50,639 nt of DNA from Desulfuromonadales bacterium (GCA_051305875.1 JBPPMD010000112.1:1-50639); one strand, 5' to 3'. Counted from the first letter of the stretch, positions 33,157 through 45,658 are shown. The notes: generated by a model not told the origin, from the letters alone. Numbers and translations: made by a program.

Positions 33157-33952
33157 ACAACGAATCGTTACCGCACTGATTGCCCTGCCGTTACTGATCC
33201 TCTGTATTCTTTACGCCAATCAGGGCCTGTTTGCCGGACTGCTGTTCATTGCCAGCGCCTTGGCCCTGCATGAATTTTATCGGATGGCTCTGCCGAAGCA
33301 GCGTCGCCTGGAAGGATCCTTTTCCGTTGCTGCCGGCGTACTTTGCTGCGTTGGCCTGTCCTATGCTCCCAGTGCACCTTTTCTACTATTGAGCATTGTC
33401 CTGCCATGCTTTTTTATTTTTCTGCTATATCTCTTTCGTTGCCAGGATATGCAGGCCGTAAGTCGTGACCTGGCTGTCAGCCTGCTTGGCTTGCTGTACA
33501 TCCCGCTGCTATTGTCTCATGCTGTTCTTTTGCGTACTTTGCCTGCAGGGCGAGACTGGATTTTCCTTGTCCTGTTCGTGGTCATGGCAAGTGACACCCT
33601 GGCATATTTCGTTGGCAGGAAGTGGGGGCGGCATCGTCTTTACGAAGCCGTTAGCCCGAAAAAGACTATCGAGGGTTCACTTGGTGGCCTTGTGGGCAGT
33701 GTGCTGGGAGCTGCGATCTGCAAACTCTGGTTCTTTACGGAACTGAGCAGCGCCGATGTCCTCCTCCTCGGTGTTGGCGTCGGCGCATTCAGTCAACTCG
33801 GCGACCTGGTTGAATCCCTGCTGAAACGAAGCTTCGGCGTGAAAGATTCTGGTGCACTTGTTCCAGGACACGGAGGTCTCCTTGATCGCCTCGACAGCTT
33901 GCTGTTCGCTTTCCCTGTGACATATTATTATGCAGTATGGGTGTTTGCATGA
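33152..33952 (+). CDS. cdsA: Phosphatidate cytidylyltransferase (probable ATT start)
   Basis: [43 protein letters not shown]; start inferred. Confidence 0.93.
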   Translation: MKQRIVTALIALPLLILCILYANQGLFAGLLFIASALALHEFYRMALPKQRRLEGSFSVAAGVLCCVGLSYAPSAPFLLLSIVLPCFFIFLLYLFRCQDMQAVSRDLAVSLLGLLYIPLLLSHAVLLRTLPAGRDWIFLVLFVVMASDTLAYFVGRKWGRHRLYEAVSPKKTIEGSLGGLVGSVLGAAICKLWFFTELSSADVLLLGVGVGAFSQLGDLVESLLKRSFGVKDSGALVPGHGGLLDRLDSLLFAFPVTYYYAVWVFA

Positions 33953-35121
33953 AACGATTGGCCATCCTTGGTTCCACCGGTTCCATAGGTGTGAGTACCC
34001 TGGAGATCGTTGCAGAATACCCGAACCACTTTCGGGTTGTTGCCCTGACCGCCGGGCGCAATCTGGCCTTGCTTGAGGAGCAGATAGTACGTTTTTGTCC
34101 GGAGGTTGTTGCCGTACCGGACCAGGAAAATGCGCATCGCCTGAAGGAACGTATCGGTGCCGTTGGTCCCCGTGTCCTCTGTGGCACGGAAGGTCTTATT
34201 GAATGTGCCGCCGGGTCACCTGCTGATATGGTCGTTTCGGCAATTGTAGGTGCCGCAGGTCTTGAACCGACTCTTGCTGCGATTGAAGCAGGCAGGGATG
34301 TGGCTCTCGCCAACAAAGAGACCCTCGTCATAGCCGGGGAACTGGTTATGGCTGCCGTCGCCAGGTCCGGTTGCCGGCTCTTTCCGGTTGATAGCGAGCA
34401 TTCAGCAATATTTCAGTCACTCGAAGGTCACCGTAAAAGCGATGTGCGGCGCTTGATACTGACAGCATCCGGTGGACCGTTTCGCAACTGGTCACTCGAT
34501 GACCTGCAAGATGTGACTCCGCAAGATGCTCTGGCCCATCCCAACTGGACCATGGGGCGAAAGATCACGATTGATTCTGCAACCATGATGAACAAAGGGC
34601 TTGAAGTCATCGAGGCCCACTGGCTTTTTGATGTCCCGGTAGATGATATTGCCGTTCATATCCATCCTGAAAGTATCGTTCATTCCATGGTGGAGTATGT
34701 TGATGGCGCGCTCATCGCGCAGCTCGGCATCCCGGATATGAAAACGCCGATTGCCTATGCCCTGACCTACCCGGAAAGGTTGACCCTGAATTTGCCGGCT
34801 CTTGACCTCTGCCGCCTCAGTCAATTGAATTTTGCTGTACCCAATAGCCAGTGTTTCCCCTGTCTCGGTCTTGCCTACGATGCCATCCGGCGGGGTGGCA
34901 CAACACCTGCTGTTTTGAATGCCGCCAACGAGCTTGCGGTGGAAGCATTCCTTCAGGGAAAAATCGCATTTCTTGATATACCCCGGATTATAGGTAAGGT
35001 TGTGGCGATGCATATCAACACCGAGGCGTCGAGTCTGGAGCAGATTCTTGCAGCCGACATGTGGGCGCGTCAGACGGCACTGAGCGTTATACACGAAATA
35101 CAAGGAGTATCTTACGCGTGA
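33949..35121 (+). CDS. dxr: 1-deoxy-D-xylulose-5-phosphate reductoisomerase
   Basis: [44 protein letters not shown]. Confidence 0.99.
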   Translation: MKRLAILGSTGSIGVSTLEIVAEYPNHFRVVALTAGRNLALLEEQIVRFCPEVVAVPDQENAHRLKERIGAVGPRVLCGTEGLIECAAGSPADMVVSAIVGAAGLEPTLAAIEAGRDVALANKETLVIAGELVMAAVARSGCRLFPVDSEHSAIFQSLEGHRKSDVRRLILTASGGPFRNWSLDDLQDVTPQDALAHPNWTMGRKITIDSATMMNKGLEVIEAHWLFDVPVDDIAVHIHPESIVHSMVEYVDGALIAQLGIPDMKTPIAYALTYPERLTLNLPALDLCRLSQLNFAVPNSQCFPCLGLAYDAIRRGGTTPAVLNAANELAVEAFLQGKIAFLDIPRIIGKVVAMHINTEASSLEQILAADMWARQTALSVIHEIQGVSYA

Positions 35122-36440
35122 TTACAATTGCAGCAGGCATCATCATGCTCGGCATTCTGGTCTTTGTCCACGAACTCGGGCATTTTTGTGTTGCCAAGCT
35201 ATGTGGTGTCAAAGTCCTCAAGTTTTCGCTTGGTTTTGGCCCCCGCCTGGTTTCCCATAAACGAGGCGACACAGAATATATGATCTGCGCCATCCCGCTC
35301 GGCGGTTATGTCCAAATGCTCGGTGAGGGTGTTGGAGACCAGGAAGAAGATGCCGAAGTCGATGCCGAGGACGAACAAAGATCGTTTTCTAAAAAGTCTA
35401 TCCCCCGGCGTATGGCCATTGTTGCCGCCGGCCCTGTCATGAATCTCATTTTGCCATTCATGATCCTGCCACTCGCCTATATGATCGGTATTAACCTTCC
35501 TGCTTATCTGGAAGAGCCTGCCTGTGTTGGTTATGTTGTTCCGGGATCAGAGGCTGATGCGGCCGGTTTCCGCAACGGTGACTGTATCAGTAAAATCAGT
35601 GGTGTGGATGTGGCAAGCTGGTCAGATACAGGTTCAGCCCTGGTAAATAGTGCCGGAAAACCGATTGTCTTCACTTTGGATCGTGCTGAAGGCATGGCAG
35701 ATCTGGTTGTCGACTCGAAAAATGGAGCCTTGGAGGGTTTGCAGTCGATCGGCCTGCTTCCGGCCCAGGATGCGGTCATCGGAGGTCTGGCCCCGGCAAT
35801 GCCCGCGATTGCAGCCGGCCTCAAAGAAGGGGACAGAATTCTTTCTGTAGGCGGGCGTGAGATCGTTTCATGGTATGAGCTTAAGGATGCTATCCAGGAT
35901 GTAGATGGGCAGCCGGTGGATGTTGTTGTTGAGCGTGATATGCAGCAGCTCACTGTTGAACTCTTGCCGAAAAAAGCGGACGGGAATGATGATTACCTGA
36001 TAGGCGTTGCTCCTCAATATGAGACAACCTTTAAGCGCTTTCCTCCTGGCGAGGCGATCATGGCCGGAGCAGAACGCAGTATGGACTTGATTGATCTGAC
36101 GCTGGTATTCATACAGAAATTGTTTGCCGGACATGTCTCGACCAGCAATATCGGCGGTCCTATCACTGTTGTACAGATTGCCGGACAGGCAGCACAGACA
36201 GATATTTCGAGTATCCTGAGTGTCCTGGCTTTTCTGAGCATACAATTAGGCATTCTCAATCTTCTGCCAATACCGATACTGGATGGTGGTCACCTGTTCT
36301 TTTATACGTTTGAACTGATATTCAGGCGGCCTCTCTCCCTGAGAGCCAGGGAATGGGCACAGCAGATCGGTCTGATTTTACTGATTCTTCTGATGGTACT
36401 GGCATTTTATAACGATATTGTGCGTATGCTGGGAAACTGA
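35118..36440 (+). CDS. rseP: RIP metalloprotease RseP
   Basis: HELGH, IPLGGYV, AGP, two PDZ domains, [11 protein letters not shown]; GTG start after AAGGAG. Confidence 0.97.
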   Translation: MITIAAGIIMLGILVFVHELGHFCVAKLCGVKVLKFSLGFGPRLVSHKRGDTEYMICAIPLGGYVQMLGEGVGDQEEDAEVDAEDEQRSFSKKSIPRRMAIVAAGPVMNLILPFMILPLAYMIGINLPAYLEEPACVGYVVPGSEADAAGFRNGDCISKISGVDVASWSDTGSALVNSAGKPIVFTLDRAEGMADLVVDSKNGALEGLQSIGLLPAQDAVIGGLAPAMPAIAAGLKEGDRILSVGGREIVSWYELKDAIQDVDGQPVDVVVERDMQQLTVELLPKKADGNDDYLIGVAPQYETTFKRFPPGEAIMAGAERSMDLIDLTLVFIQKLFAGHVSTSNIGGPITVVQIAGQAAQTDISSILSVLAFLSIQLGILNLLPIPILDGGHLFFYTFELIFRRPLSLRAREWAQQIGLILLILLMVLAFYNDIVRMLGN

Positions 36441-36441
36441 C

Positions 36442-37155
36442 ATGCCACCAATTCTTCTGACAATTCAGACCGCTTCACCTGCCGGCAGCCTTGCCATATC
36501 CGATGGCGAACGTCTCCTGGCTGAAATCAATCTGGATGTTCGCAAAACAGCGACAGAATGGCTGTTGCAATCGATCGAAGACCTGCTTCATAAGGCTGAG
36601 ATTGACAAGGGCGCTCTGGATGCGATCGGCGCGGTACGAGGCCCCGGCTCTTTCACCGGGCTGCGCGTTGGACTGGCGACGGCTAAAGGGTTGTCACTGG
36701 CTGCCAACTGTCCGTTGCTCGGGATATCATCATTACAGTGCCTCGCCATGCAGCTTCCTTTTACAAGCCTGCCGGTCTGTGTCATGCTGGATGCTCGCAA
36801 GCAGGAAGTCTATGCTGCTCTCTACAACTGGGAAGCAGGGTCTCCGCATCCTGTTGCGGAAGAGCGGGTAATCAAGCCTGAAATACTCTTGTCCGATATC
36901 CCTGGCGAGACCTTGTTTATAGGCAACGGAGCGCTTGTCTATCGTTCATTGATAGTAAGGCAACTGGCAGGACGGGCACATTTTGCCCCGGCCTTTTTAA
37001 ACCTGCCAAGAGCCGGGGCTGCAGCAGCTCTTGGCTTGGCTGAATGGCAAGCTGGGCGTCTCTTGTCTGCCGATGAAATGATGCCAAAATATCTGCGACC
37101 GTCTGAAGCAGAACTAAATTTTGCTACCAAGAAAAAAAAAGGGAATTGTAGTTGA
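36442..37155 (+). CDS. tsaB: tRNA t6A biosynthesis protein TsaB
   Basis: GPGSFTGLRVG, DARKQEVY, P.YLRPSEAE. Confidence 0.95.
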   Translation: MPPILLTIQTASPAGSLAISDGERLLAEINLDVRKTATEWLLQSIEDLLHKAEIDKGALDAIGAVRGPGSFTGLRVGLATAKGLSLAANCPLLGISSLQCLAMQLPFTSLPVCVMLDARKQEVYAALYNWEAGSPHPVAEERVIKPEILLSDIPGETLFIGNGALVYRSLIVRQLAGRAHFAPAFLNLPRAGAAAALGLAEWQAGRLLSADEMMPKYLRPSEAELNFATKKKKGNCS

Positions 37156-37226
37156 CAACCCTGTCTCGCGTTCGTTATTTTTTATAGACCATACATTTCT
37201 CCCATCCTTACTATCAGGAGGTGCTC

Positions 37227-37448
37227 ATGGCAGAGACGGACCAGGACTTGATCCAGCGTTTGAGTGAAGAAAGCCCCCGCTTCCGCAAGTTGCACGAAGA
37301 ACACTTGCTTTTTGAAAAAAAACTCCAGGAATATGAAGGAATGCCCTTCCTCTCGGAAGTGACAGATCTTGAACGGAAGAAGATCCAGAAGCTTAAGCTG
37401 GCCGGTAAAGACGAGATGGAATCAATGCTTCGAGATCTCCGCCAATAG
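37227..37448 (+). CDS. DUF465/YdcH-like small coiled-coil protein
   Basis: FRKLHEEH...KKIQKLKLAGKDEM; SD AGGAGG; TTGACA at 37152. Confidence 0.75.
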   Translation: MAETDQDLIQRLSEESPRFRKLHEEHLLFEKKLQEYEGMPFLSEVTDLERKKIQKLKLAGKDEMESMLRDLRQ

Positions 37449-37643
37449 CAGATAAAGAGCAGAACAAAACAGGGGCTGACTCATTGTGGCCCCTGTTGAA
37501 TTTCGCCGGAGCACTTTGCCATCAAGGCATTGAAGTGGTTCGGTTTTTTGTTTTTACTCTTTACCTTACAAGGTTCGACAGGTATAAAGGCCGATACGAA
37601 AAGATCTGAACGAACAGAGTTTGTTTATAGGAGAACGAGGCAA

Positions 37644-39311
37644 ATGACCCAGAAACGCAGCAGTGCAATCACTCAGGGATTTGAGCGTACACCTCATCGT
37701 GCTTTGCTAAAGGGAACCGGTGTGCCACAGCAACAGATGGACAAACCTTTTATCGGTGTTGCCTCTTCATTCACCGATCTGATTCCTGGCCATACCGGCA
37801 TGCGTGACCTGGAGCGCTTTATCGAAAAAGGTGTCCACACCGGAGGAGGTCATTCCTTTATTTTCGGAATCCCCGGTGTCTGCGATGGTATTGCCATGGG
37901 GCATCGTGGCATGCACTATTCGTTGCCGACCCGTGAATTGATTGCCGACATGGTCGAGTCAATTGCTGAAGCACATCGCCTTGACGGACTGGTGCTGTTG
38001 ACTAACTGCGACAAGATCACCCCGGGTATGCTGATGGCGGCTGCACGCCTTGATATTCCCTGTATCGTGGTCACCGCAGGGCCAATGATGACCGGTGCCG
38101 GTCGCGACAACCGCAAGTTTTCATTCGTAACCGATACCTTCGAAGCCATGGCCCAGTATAAGGCCGGTGTCATCGACGAACAGGAATTGATGGCTTGTGA
38201 GGACAAAGCCTGCCCGACTGCCGGCTCCTGCCAGGGGCTGTTTACAGCCAACACCATGGCAATTTTGACGGAGACTCTCGGCATGAGTCTGGTGGGGTGT
38301 GGAACCGCGTTGGCCGTTTCCTCTTTGAAGCGGCGGATCGCCTTTGCCAGTGGTGAGCGCATTGTAGAGCTGGTTCGGCAACAGATTACACCACGGCAGA
38401 TCATGACTCGTGAAGCCTTTGAGAATGCCATCCGGGTAGATCTCGCCCTTGGCGGGTCCAGCAATACCGTGCTGCATTTGTTATCCATCGCTCATGAAGC
38501 TGGAGTTGACCTGCCCCTGGAAGAGTTTGACCGACTTGGCAGGGAAACACCACAGCTGGCATCGATGAATCCCGGCGGCAAGCATTTCATGGAAGATCTA
38601 GATACTGCCGGTGGTGTCCCCGGTGTGCTTTATCAGCTGCGTGACCTGATCAATGATAATCCGACCCTGACGGGGCCATCCATCAAAGAAATTGTAGACA
38701 GTATTGCGGCTGTGGATGAAGAGGTGATTCACCCGGTGGGAAACCCGGTGCGTGCCGAAGGTGGTCTGGCCATCCTCTTTGGCAACCTGGCACCGCTTGG
38801 TTCAGTGGTTAAACAGTCCGGTGTCTCTGAAAAAATGATGAATTTCGAAGGGCGGGCCCGTTGCTTTGATTCAGAAGAGGGTGCCATGGAAGCACTCATG
38901 GGTGGCCAGGTCGTTGCCGGAGACCTGGTGGTGATACGTTATGAGGGCCCCAAGGGTGGGCCGGGAATGCGGGAAATGCTTGCCCCGACTGCGACTTTGA
39001 TGGGGCTTGGCCTGGGCGACAGTGTCGCCCTGATTACCGATGGACGCTTCTCCGGAGGTACCAGAGGTCCCTGTATCGGCCACATTTCCCCTGAGGCAGC
39101 AGAAGGCGGGCCGATTGCTCTGATTGTAGATGGCGACCGAATCCGACTTGATATCCCGAATCGCGAACTGGAACTTCTGGTCGATGAGGAAGAACTTGCC
39201 CGTCGCAAGGCCGCCTGGAAGGCTCCCGAAGCCAAAATCAAGACAGGCTGGCTGGCTCGTTATGCCAAGGTTGTGACATCGGCAAACACCGGTGCTGTGT
39301 GCAAAGCTTAA
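37644..39311 (+). CDS. ilvD: Dihydroxy-acid dehydratase
   Basis: [45 protein letters not shown]. Confidence 0.98.
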   Translation: MTQKRSSAITQGFERTPHRALLKGTGVPQQQMDKPFIGVASSFTDLIPGHTGMRDLERFIEKGVHTGGGHSFIFGIPGVCDGIAMGHRGMHYSLPTRELIADMVESIAEAHRLDGLVLLTNCDKITPGMLMAAARLDIPCIVVTAGPMMTGAGRDNRKFSFVTDTFEAMAQYKAGVIDEQELMACEDKACPTAGSCQGLFTANTMAILTETLGMSLVGCGTALAVSSLKRRIAFASGERIVELVRQQITPRQIMTREAFENAIRVDLALGGSSNTVLHLLSIAHEAGVDLPLEEFDRLGRETPQLASMNPGGKHFMEDLDTAGGVPGVLYQLRDLINDNPTLTGPSIKEIVDSIAAVDEEVIHPVGNPVRAEGGLAILFGNLAPLGSVVKQSGVSEKMMNFEGRARCFDSEEGAMEALMGGQVVAGDLVVIRYEGPKGGPGMREMLAPTATLMGLGLGDSVALITDGRFSGGTRGPCIGHISPEAAEGGPIALIVDGDRIRLDIPNRELELLVDEEELARRKAAWKAPEAKIKTGWLARYAKVVTSANTGAVCKA

Positions 39312-39316
39312 GTCGC

Positions 39317-39364
39317 TTCAACAGTTCAACGATTCAACGATTCAACGATTCAACGATTCAACAA
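39317..39364 (+). repeat. Tandem octamer repeat (TTCAACGA) x6
   Basis: TTCAACAG, 4x TTCAACGA, TTCAACAA between ilvD and ilvB. Confidence 0.95.
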
Positions 39365-39383
39365 ATTTCCCGTGGAGTGAATT

Positions 39384-41081
39384 ATGAAGCTGACTGGTTC
39401 AAAGATTCTTCTGGAGAGCTTGATTCAAGAAGGCGTGGAAACGATTTTTGGTTATCCCGGTGGTACGGTCATCAACATTTATGATGATCTGATGGGGTCT
39501 TCCATCAAGCATGTTCTGACGCGTCATGAACAGGCGGCTGTCCATGCTGCCGACGGCTATGCCCGGGCTACCGGCAAGGTCGGTGTTGCCATTGCAACCA
39601 GCGGCCCTGGTGCGACCAATACGATCACCGGGATTGCCAATGCATACATGGACTCGATCCCGATGGTTGTCATTACCGGGCAGGTACCGACCGGACTGAT
39701 TGGCAATGATGCGTTCCAGGAGGCCGATCTTATTGGCATCACCCGACCGATCACCAAACACAATTACCTGGTCAAGGACGTTAAGGACCTGGCCCGGATT
39801 ATCAAGCAGTCCTTCTATATTGCCCGGACAGGTCGCCCCGGTCCGGTAGTTATCGACCTGCCCAAGGATGTCCAGGTTGCCACGGCCAAATTCGAGTACC
39901 CCGACAAGGTCGAATTGCGTGGTTACAAACCAACCTTTAGCGGTAATGTGCGCATGATTGAAAAGGCTGTCAAGATGATGCTGACGGCCAAGAAGCCTGT
40001 GCTCTATGTCGGTGGAGGCGCGACGCTTACAGACGCCCACGCTGAATTGCTGGAACTGGCTGAAACCCTGCAGGCCCCAGTGACGACCACCCTGATGGGA
40101 ATGGCCAGCTTTCCGACACGTCACCCCCTGTCACTGGGAATGCTTGGCATGCACGGGACCTACTATGCCAATATGGCCGTGACCAACTCTGACGTATTGA
40201 TTGCTCTCGGCGCCCGCTTCGATGACCGGGTCACAGGCAAAATATCTACCTTTGCGCCGCACGCCAATATCATCCATGTCGATGTCGATCCCACCTCAAT
40301 AAAGAAGAATGTCCGGGTTGATCTGCCGATTGTTGGCGACTTGCGCGATGTTCTGAAGAAGATGAACAAAAAGCTTGGTGAGCATAAGGATGAAGTCGCG
40401 CTGGAGAACGAAGCGATCAAACCCTGGCTGGAGGAGATTGCTGCCTGGCGTAAAGACCACCCGATGACCTACAAGCAATCAGCAACCGAGATCAAGCCGC
40501 AATTTGTGATCGAGAAGTTGCGGGAACTTTCCAACGACGATGCTATCATCACCACTGAGGTCGGCCAGCACCAGATGTGGACCGCCCAATTCTTCGATTT
40601 CACCCAGCCTCGGACCTTCCTCTCATCTGGCGGTCTCGGTACCATGGGATATGGACTGCCTGCCGCGCTCGGCGCGCAGGTGGCCTTTCCCGAGCGTCAG
40701 GTCATTGACATCTCCGGGGATGGCTCCTTTCAGATGAACTCCCAGGAACTGGCCACTCTTGTCCAGTATCGCCTGCCGGTGAAGATAGCAATTCTCAACA
40801 ATAACTTCCTGGGTATGGTACGTCAGTGGCAGCAGCTCTTTTTTGACAAACGTTACAGCCAGACCTGTATGGAACTGCCGATTGATTTCACCAAGCTCGC
40901 GGAAGCTTACGGTGCGACCGGTCTGCGAGCGACCAGGCCTGAAGAGGTCGAAGAGGTGATCAAGAAAGCCTTTGCGACTCCCGGGCCGGTGATTATGGAG
41001 TTCAAGGTGTCTCGAGAGGAAAACGTCATGCCGATGGTGCCAGCCGGTGCCGGGCTCAATGAGATGGTCCTGGCTTCCTGA
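39384..41081 (+). CDS. ilvB: Acetolactate synthase large subunit
   Basis: [34 protein letters not shown]. Confidence 0.98.
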   Translation: MKLTGSKILLESLIQEGVETIFGYPGGTVINIYDDLMGSSIKHVLTRHEQAAVHAADGYARATGKVGVAIATSGPGATNTITGIANAYMDSIPMVVITGQVPTGLIGNDAFQEADLIGITRPITKHNYLVKDVKDLARIIKQSFYIARTGRPGPVVIDLPKDVQVATAKFEYPDKVELRGYKPTFSGNVRMIEKAVKMMLTAKKPVLYVGGGATLTDAHAELLELAETLQAPVTTTLMGMASFPTRHPLSLGMLGMHGTYYANMAVTNSDVLIALGARFDDRVTGKISTFAPHANIIHVDVDPTSIKKNVRVDLPIVGDLRDVLKKMNKKLGEHKDEVALENEAIKPWLEEIAAWRKDHPMTYKQSATEIKPQFVIEKLRELSNDDAIITTEVGQHQMWTAQFFDFTQPRTFLSSGGLGTMGYGLPAALGAQVAFPERQVIDISGDGSFQMNSQELATLVQYRLPVKIAILNNNFLGMVRQWQQLFFDKRYSQTCMELPIDFTKLAEAYGATGLRATRPEEVEEVIKKAFATPGPVIMEFKVSREENVMPMVPAGAGLNEMVLAS

Positions 41082-41117
41082 TAGGGCCGGTTGACGATAT
41101 AATAAGAGGATGCAATT

Positions 41118-41612
41118 ATGAGACATACCATATCCGTAGTGGTGGAGAATGAATTCGGTGTGCTGACACGCATCGCCGGTCTCTTCTCTGGTCGGGGATT
41201 TAATATTGAAAGTCTGTCGGTTGCACCGACTCTTGATCCAACTCTTTCGCGCATGACCATTGTTACCAGTGGTGATGACCGGATTATCGAGCAGGTCAAT
41301 AAACAGCTCAACAAGCTGATCGATACGATCAAGGTAATCGATTTCACCAACGAAGAATTCATAGAGAGAGAAATGGCTCTGATCAAGGTAACCGCCGAAG
41401 AGTCGACACGCGCTGAAATCCTGCGAGTCTGCGATATTTTCCGTGGCAAGATTGTCGATGTTACTCCCAAATGCTATACCGTTGAAGTGACTGGATCGCC
41501 GGTTAAAGTGAATGCCATCATCGATCTGCTGCGGCCTATGGGGATAAAGGAACTGGTGCGTTCCGGACCGGTTGTCCTGGGTCGCGGGCCGAAAGGATGG
41601 AAAGGGATCTAA
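41118..41612 (+). CDS. ilvN: Acetolactate synthase small subunit
   Basis: VENEFGVL.RIAGLFSGRGFNIESL, KQLNKLID. Confidence 0.97.
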   Translation: MRHTISVVVENEFGVLTRIAGLFSGRGFNIESLSVAPTLDPTLSRMTIVTSGDDRIIEQVNKQLNKLIDTIKVIDFTNEEFIEREMALIKVTAEESTRAEILRVCDIFRGKIVDVTPKCYTVEVTGSPVKVNAIIDLLRPMGIKELVRSGPVVLGRGPKGWKGI

Positions 41613-41743
41613 CCGTAGCAGCAATTGTTGCAGCGACAGCGAGGGCGGGTTGTGTCGGACAAAACTCTGGCATGACCCGCTCTGTTATGATATATATTCA
41701 CCTTTTTCAGATAACTACACAGAATCTCAGCAGGAGGAAATAG

Positions 41744-42757
<1,014 letters not shown>

Positions 42758-42822
42758 TTGATTCGTCACTGCAGCGGCGGCATGATGCCACCGCCGTATT
42801 CTTAGAGAGGCGTCATTTGCCC

Positions 42823-43470
42823 ATGAAAAATCAGCACCAGCCCGTGGCCGTTGAAGGTTATCCTTTTATCGGCCTGTTTGCCTTCGTTGCTCTTTTCTGT
42901 GCTGCTGTCGGTTGGTACTGCCTGGCAACCATCGGCCTTGGCCTGACAGCTTTTACGGTCTACTTTTTTCGCAACCCGGACCGTTTCCCGCCGGAAAACG
43001 AGAAGGCAATCGTTGCGCCGGCGGATGGTAAAATTATTTTCGTTGGTAAGGTTCCTGAAGACCGCTATTTTGATGGCCAGCAGGTGACCAAGATCAGCAT
43101 TTTTATGAATGTCTTCAATGTTCATGTCAACTGGGTGCCGATTACCAGTAAAGTGCTTCACCAGTTTTATAACAAGGGACGTTTTTTCAATGCATCTCTG
43201 GACAAGGCCAGCTTTGAAAATGAACAGTCAGGGATGCTGCTTGAAACCGAATCTGGTGTAAAAATTCTCTGCGTGCAGATTGCCGGATTGATTGCCCGGC
43301 GTATTGTTACGTATCCGGAAACGGGTGATTTGCTGGTGCGAGGCCAGCGCTATGGTTTGATCCGTTTTGGTTCCCGGGTTGATCTGTATCTTCCAGAGGG
43401 TGTAGAGATTAACGCAAAGCTCGGCACAAGGACCGTCGCCGGAGAAACCGTATTAGGCACTCTGCAGTGA
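42823..43470 (+). CDS. psd: Phosphatidylserine decarboxylase proenzyme (short type)
   Basis: FFRNPDR, APADG, SIFMNVFNVHVN, QIAGLIARRI, IRFGSRVD. Confidence 0.93.
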   Translation: MKNQHQPVAVEGYPFIGLFAFVALFCAAVGWYCLATIGLGLTAFTVYFFRNPDRFPPENEKAIVAPADGKIIFVGKVPEDRYFDGQQVTKISIFMNVFNVHVNWVPITSKVLHQFYNKGRFFNASLDKASFENEQSGMLLETESGVKILCVQIAGLIARRIVTYPETGDLLVRGQRYGLIRFGSRVDLYLPEGVEINAKLGTRTVAGETVLGTLQ

Positions 43471-43604
43471 ATCGGGTTGGTGGCTCCTGTGACCGGCGAG
43501 AAGCCTGAAGCGTGGGATGCTTTTTGATGGTTTTGAAACGCAAGTCACCGCTGGCGAAACCTCCGGACAAACAAGAATCCCCACAGAACTCTGACTTGTC
43601 GTAG
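43467..43604 (+). pseudogene. Possible deletion remnant of pssA
   Basis: GTG overlapping psd stop; DRRE/SLKRG N-terminus-like piece joined to a FLMVLKRK...* C-terminus-like piece; syntenic pssA position; inference only. Confidence 0.35.
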
Positions 43605-43667
43605 GACATTCATCAGATTTCTTGACAATGGGGCAAGTTTTCTGTTTTATTATAACAAGTTTTTAAA

Positions 43668-43911
43668 AAGCGTAGAAGAGGAAGAGTAAGGTCTGACACT
43701 GTTACAGAGAGCCGGTGGTGCTGCAAACCGGTACAGACAGGACCTGAAACTGGCCTTGGAGCTGCGGACGTCAAAGGGTCTCATTGCAGACCCGAGTAAT
43801 TTCCGTCGTGAGCCTGCGTTAAGGGCTAATGAAGGGTTTCGTTGCGACGAGGCCAAACAGGGTGGTACCGCGAAGCTTAGCTCTCGCCCCTGATCGGGGT
43901 GGGAGTTTTTT
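43668..43911 (+). promoter_or_regulatory. T-box riboswitch (Leu specifier) upstream of leuA
   Basis: Stem I with AGTA, AGAGA and GCTG boxes; specifier loop GAAA-CTG-G (43750-43752); T-box AAACAGGGTGGTACCGCG (43855-43872); TTGACA at 43622. Confidence 0.92.
43881..43911 (+). terminator. T-box terminator
   Basis: CTCTCGCCCC-TGATC-GGGGTGGGAG-TTTTTT. Confidence 0.88.
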
Positions 43912-43988
43912 ATTTTTGTTTGTACTTCATGTGAAAAAGCTGGATGAAGGGTTGACAACAGGCTGAATCCTTGAAAGGGGGTGGTTCT

Positions 43989-44081
43989 ATGGAAACGGAC
44001 CTGAGTGATCTAAATCTGTTATTAAGCAGATTGAGAACAATGGAGAGGGGCGCTCTGGAACTGACCCCTGTTAGAGACTGA
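43989..44081 (+). CDS. Putative Leu-rich 30-aa leader/small peptide
   Basis: METDLSDLNLLLSRLRTMERGALELTPVRD; purine-rich SD-like run AAAGGGGGTGG upstream; 8 Leu. Confidence 0.45.
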   Translation: METDLSDLNLLLSRLRTMERGALELTPVRD

Positions 44082-44105
44082 AACGAGATGGCAGAGGAGA
44101 TGATT

Positions 44106-45644
44106 ATGAGTAAAATGAAGACAATCAAGATTTTTGATACGACCTTGCGCGACGGTGAACAATCCCCCGGCGCCAGTATGAACATCGAAGAGAAATTGCG
44201 CATAGCCAGTCAACTGGAGAAACTTAACGTTGATGTTATAGAAGCAGGTTTCCCGATTGCTTCAGACGGAGACTTTGAATCAGTCAAGAAGATTGCCCAG
44301 ATGATCAAGGGACCCGAGATAGCGGGCCTCTGCCGTGCCAGTGTCATGGATATCGATCGTGCCTGGGAAGCGCTGAAATACGCCGGCGAACGTGGCCGCA
44401 TCCACACATTCATTGCCACTTCGGATATTCACATGGAGCGAAAACTGCAGATGTCGCCGGCCAAAGTACTGGAAACGGCCGTCAAGGCCGTCAAGCATGC
44501 GGCCGCATATACTGCTAATGTAGAGTTCTCTTGTGAGGACGCCGTACGCACCCGTCTGGATTTCCTTGCTGAGATGGTTGAGGCCGTTATTGATGCCGGG
44601 GCGACAACTGTCAATATCCCGGATACGGTCGGGTATGCGATTCCCTTTGAGTTTTTCAACATCATCAAACATTTAAAAGACAATGTGCCGAATATTGATA
44701 AGGCGGTCTTGTCAGTCCATTGTCACAACGATCTCGGACTTGCAGTAGCCAACTCCCTGGCTGCTATTCAAGCTGGCGCGGGACAGGTCGAATGCACCAT
44801 TAACGGCATCGGCGAACGTGCCGGCAACTGTTCCCTCGAGGAAGTTGTCATGGCCTTGCGGACGCGGCGCGATATCCTGCCTTATGAAAACAATATCAAT
44901 ACTGAGCACATTTATGCTGCCAGCAGGTTGCTTTCGACCATTACCGGCATTGTTGTGCAACCGAACAAGGCGATTGTCGGTGCCAATGCTTTCGCCCATG
45001 AAGCAGGCATTCATCAGCATGGCGTGATGATGGACAAGGAAACTTATGAGATCATGACTCCTGAGTCGATTGGTCTTAACACCAACAAATTGGTGCTCGG
45101 CAAGCATTCCGGTCGCCATGCATTTGTCGCCCGTCTTAACGATCTTGGCTATGACCTGCCCAAGCAAGATGTTGAAAAAGCCTTTGTTCGCTTCAAGTCC
45201 CTGGCTGACAGGAAGAAAGAGATCTTTGACGAGGACCTCGATGCAATTGTTGCCGATGAAATCATTCGTGTTCCTGAGACCGTCAAGCTCAAACAGATGA
45301 ACGTCTCATCCGGATCATTTGTCGCACCGACCGCCACAGTCGAGCTTGAAATCAAAGGCAAGCTCAAAAGGACTGCCATCATAGGCGATGGCCCGGTCGA
45401 TGCAACGTTCAAGGCAATCAAGAAATTAACCGGACTGCAACCGCGACTGGTTAATTTTTCTATCGGGTCAATCACCGGTGGGACCGATGCTCTCGGCGAA
45501 TGTACTGTGCGACTCGAGTATGAGGGACATGAGGTTCTTGGCCAGGGCGCTCACTCTGATATTATAGTCGCCAGCGCCAAGGCGTACATCAATGCAATCA
45601 ACAAGGCTTTGGATTTCTCCCAGCGCACCAAGGTAAGAATCTGA
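44106..45644 (+). CDS. leuA: 2-isopropylmalate synthase
   Basis: [39 protein letters not shown], regulatory C-domain; start chosen after GAGGAG. Confidence 0.98.
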   Translation: MSKMKTIKIFDTTLRDGEQSPGASMNIEEKLRIASQLEKLNVDVIEAGFPIASDGDFESVKKIAQMIKGPEIAGLCRASVMDIDRAWEALKYAGERGRIHTFIATSDIHMERKLQMSPAKVLETAVKAVKHAAAYTANVEFSCEDAVRTRLDFLAEMVEAVIDAGATTVNIPDTVGYAIPFEFFNIIKHLKDNVPNIDKAVLSVHCHNDLGLAVANSLAAIQAGAGQVECTINGIGERAGNCSLEEVVMALRTRRDILPYENNINTEHIYAASRLLSTITGIVVQPNKAIVGANAFAHEAGIHQHGVMMDKETYEIMTPESIGLNTNKLVLGKHSGRHAFVARLNDLGYDLPKQDVEKAFVRFKSLADRKKEIFDEDLDAIVADEIIRVPETVKLKQMNVSSGSFVAPTATVELEIKGKLKRTAIIGDGPVDATFKAIKKLTGLQPRLVNFSIGSITGGTDALGECTVRLEYEGHEVLGQGAHSDIIVASAKAYINAINKALDFSQRTKVRI

Positions 45645-45658
45645 TCTGTTCTGACTCT

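Noticed and set aside
39317-39364. CRISPR array
   Set aside because: 8-nt tandem units with no spacers and no cas genes.
43952-43980. Second promoter (TTGACA) downstream of the T-box terminator
   Set aside because: No -10 element at suitable spacing.
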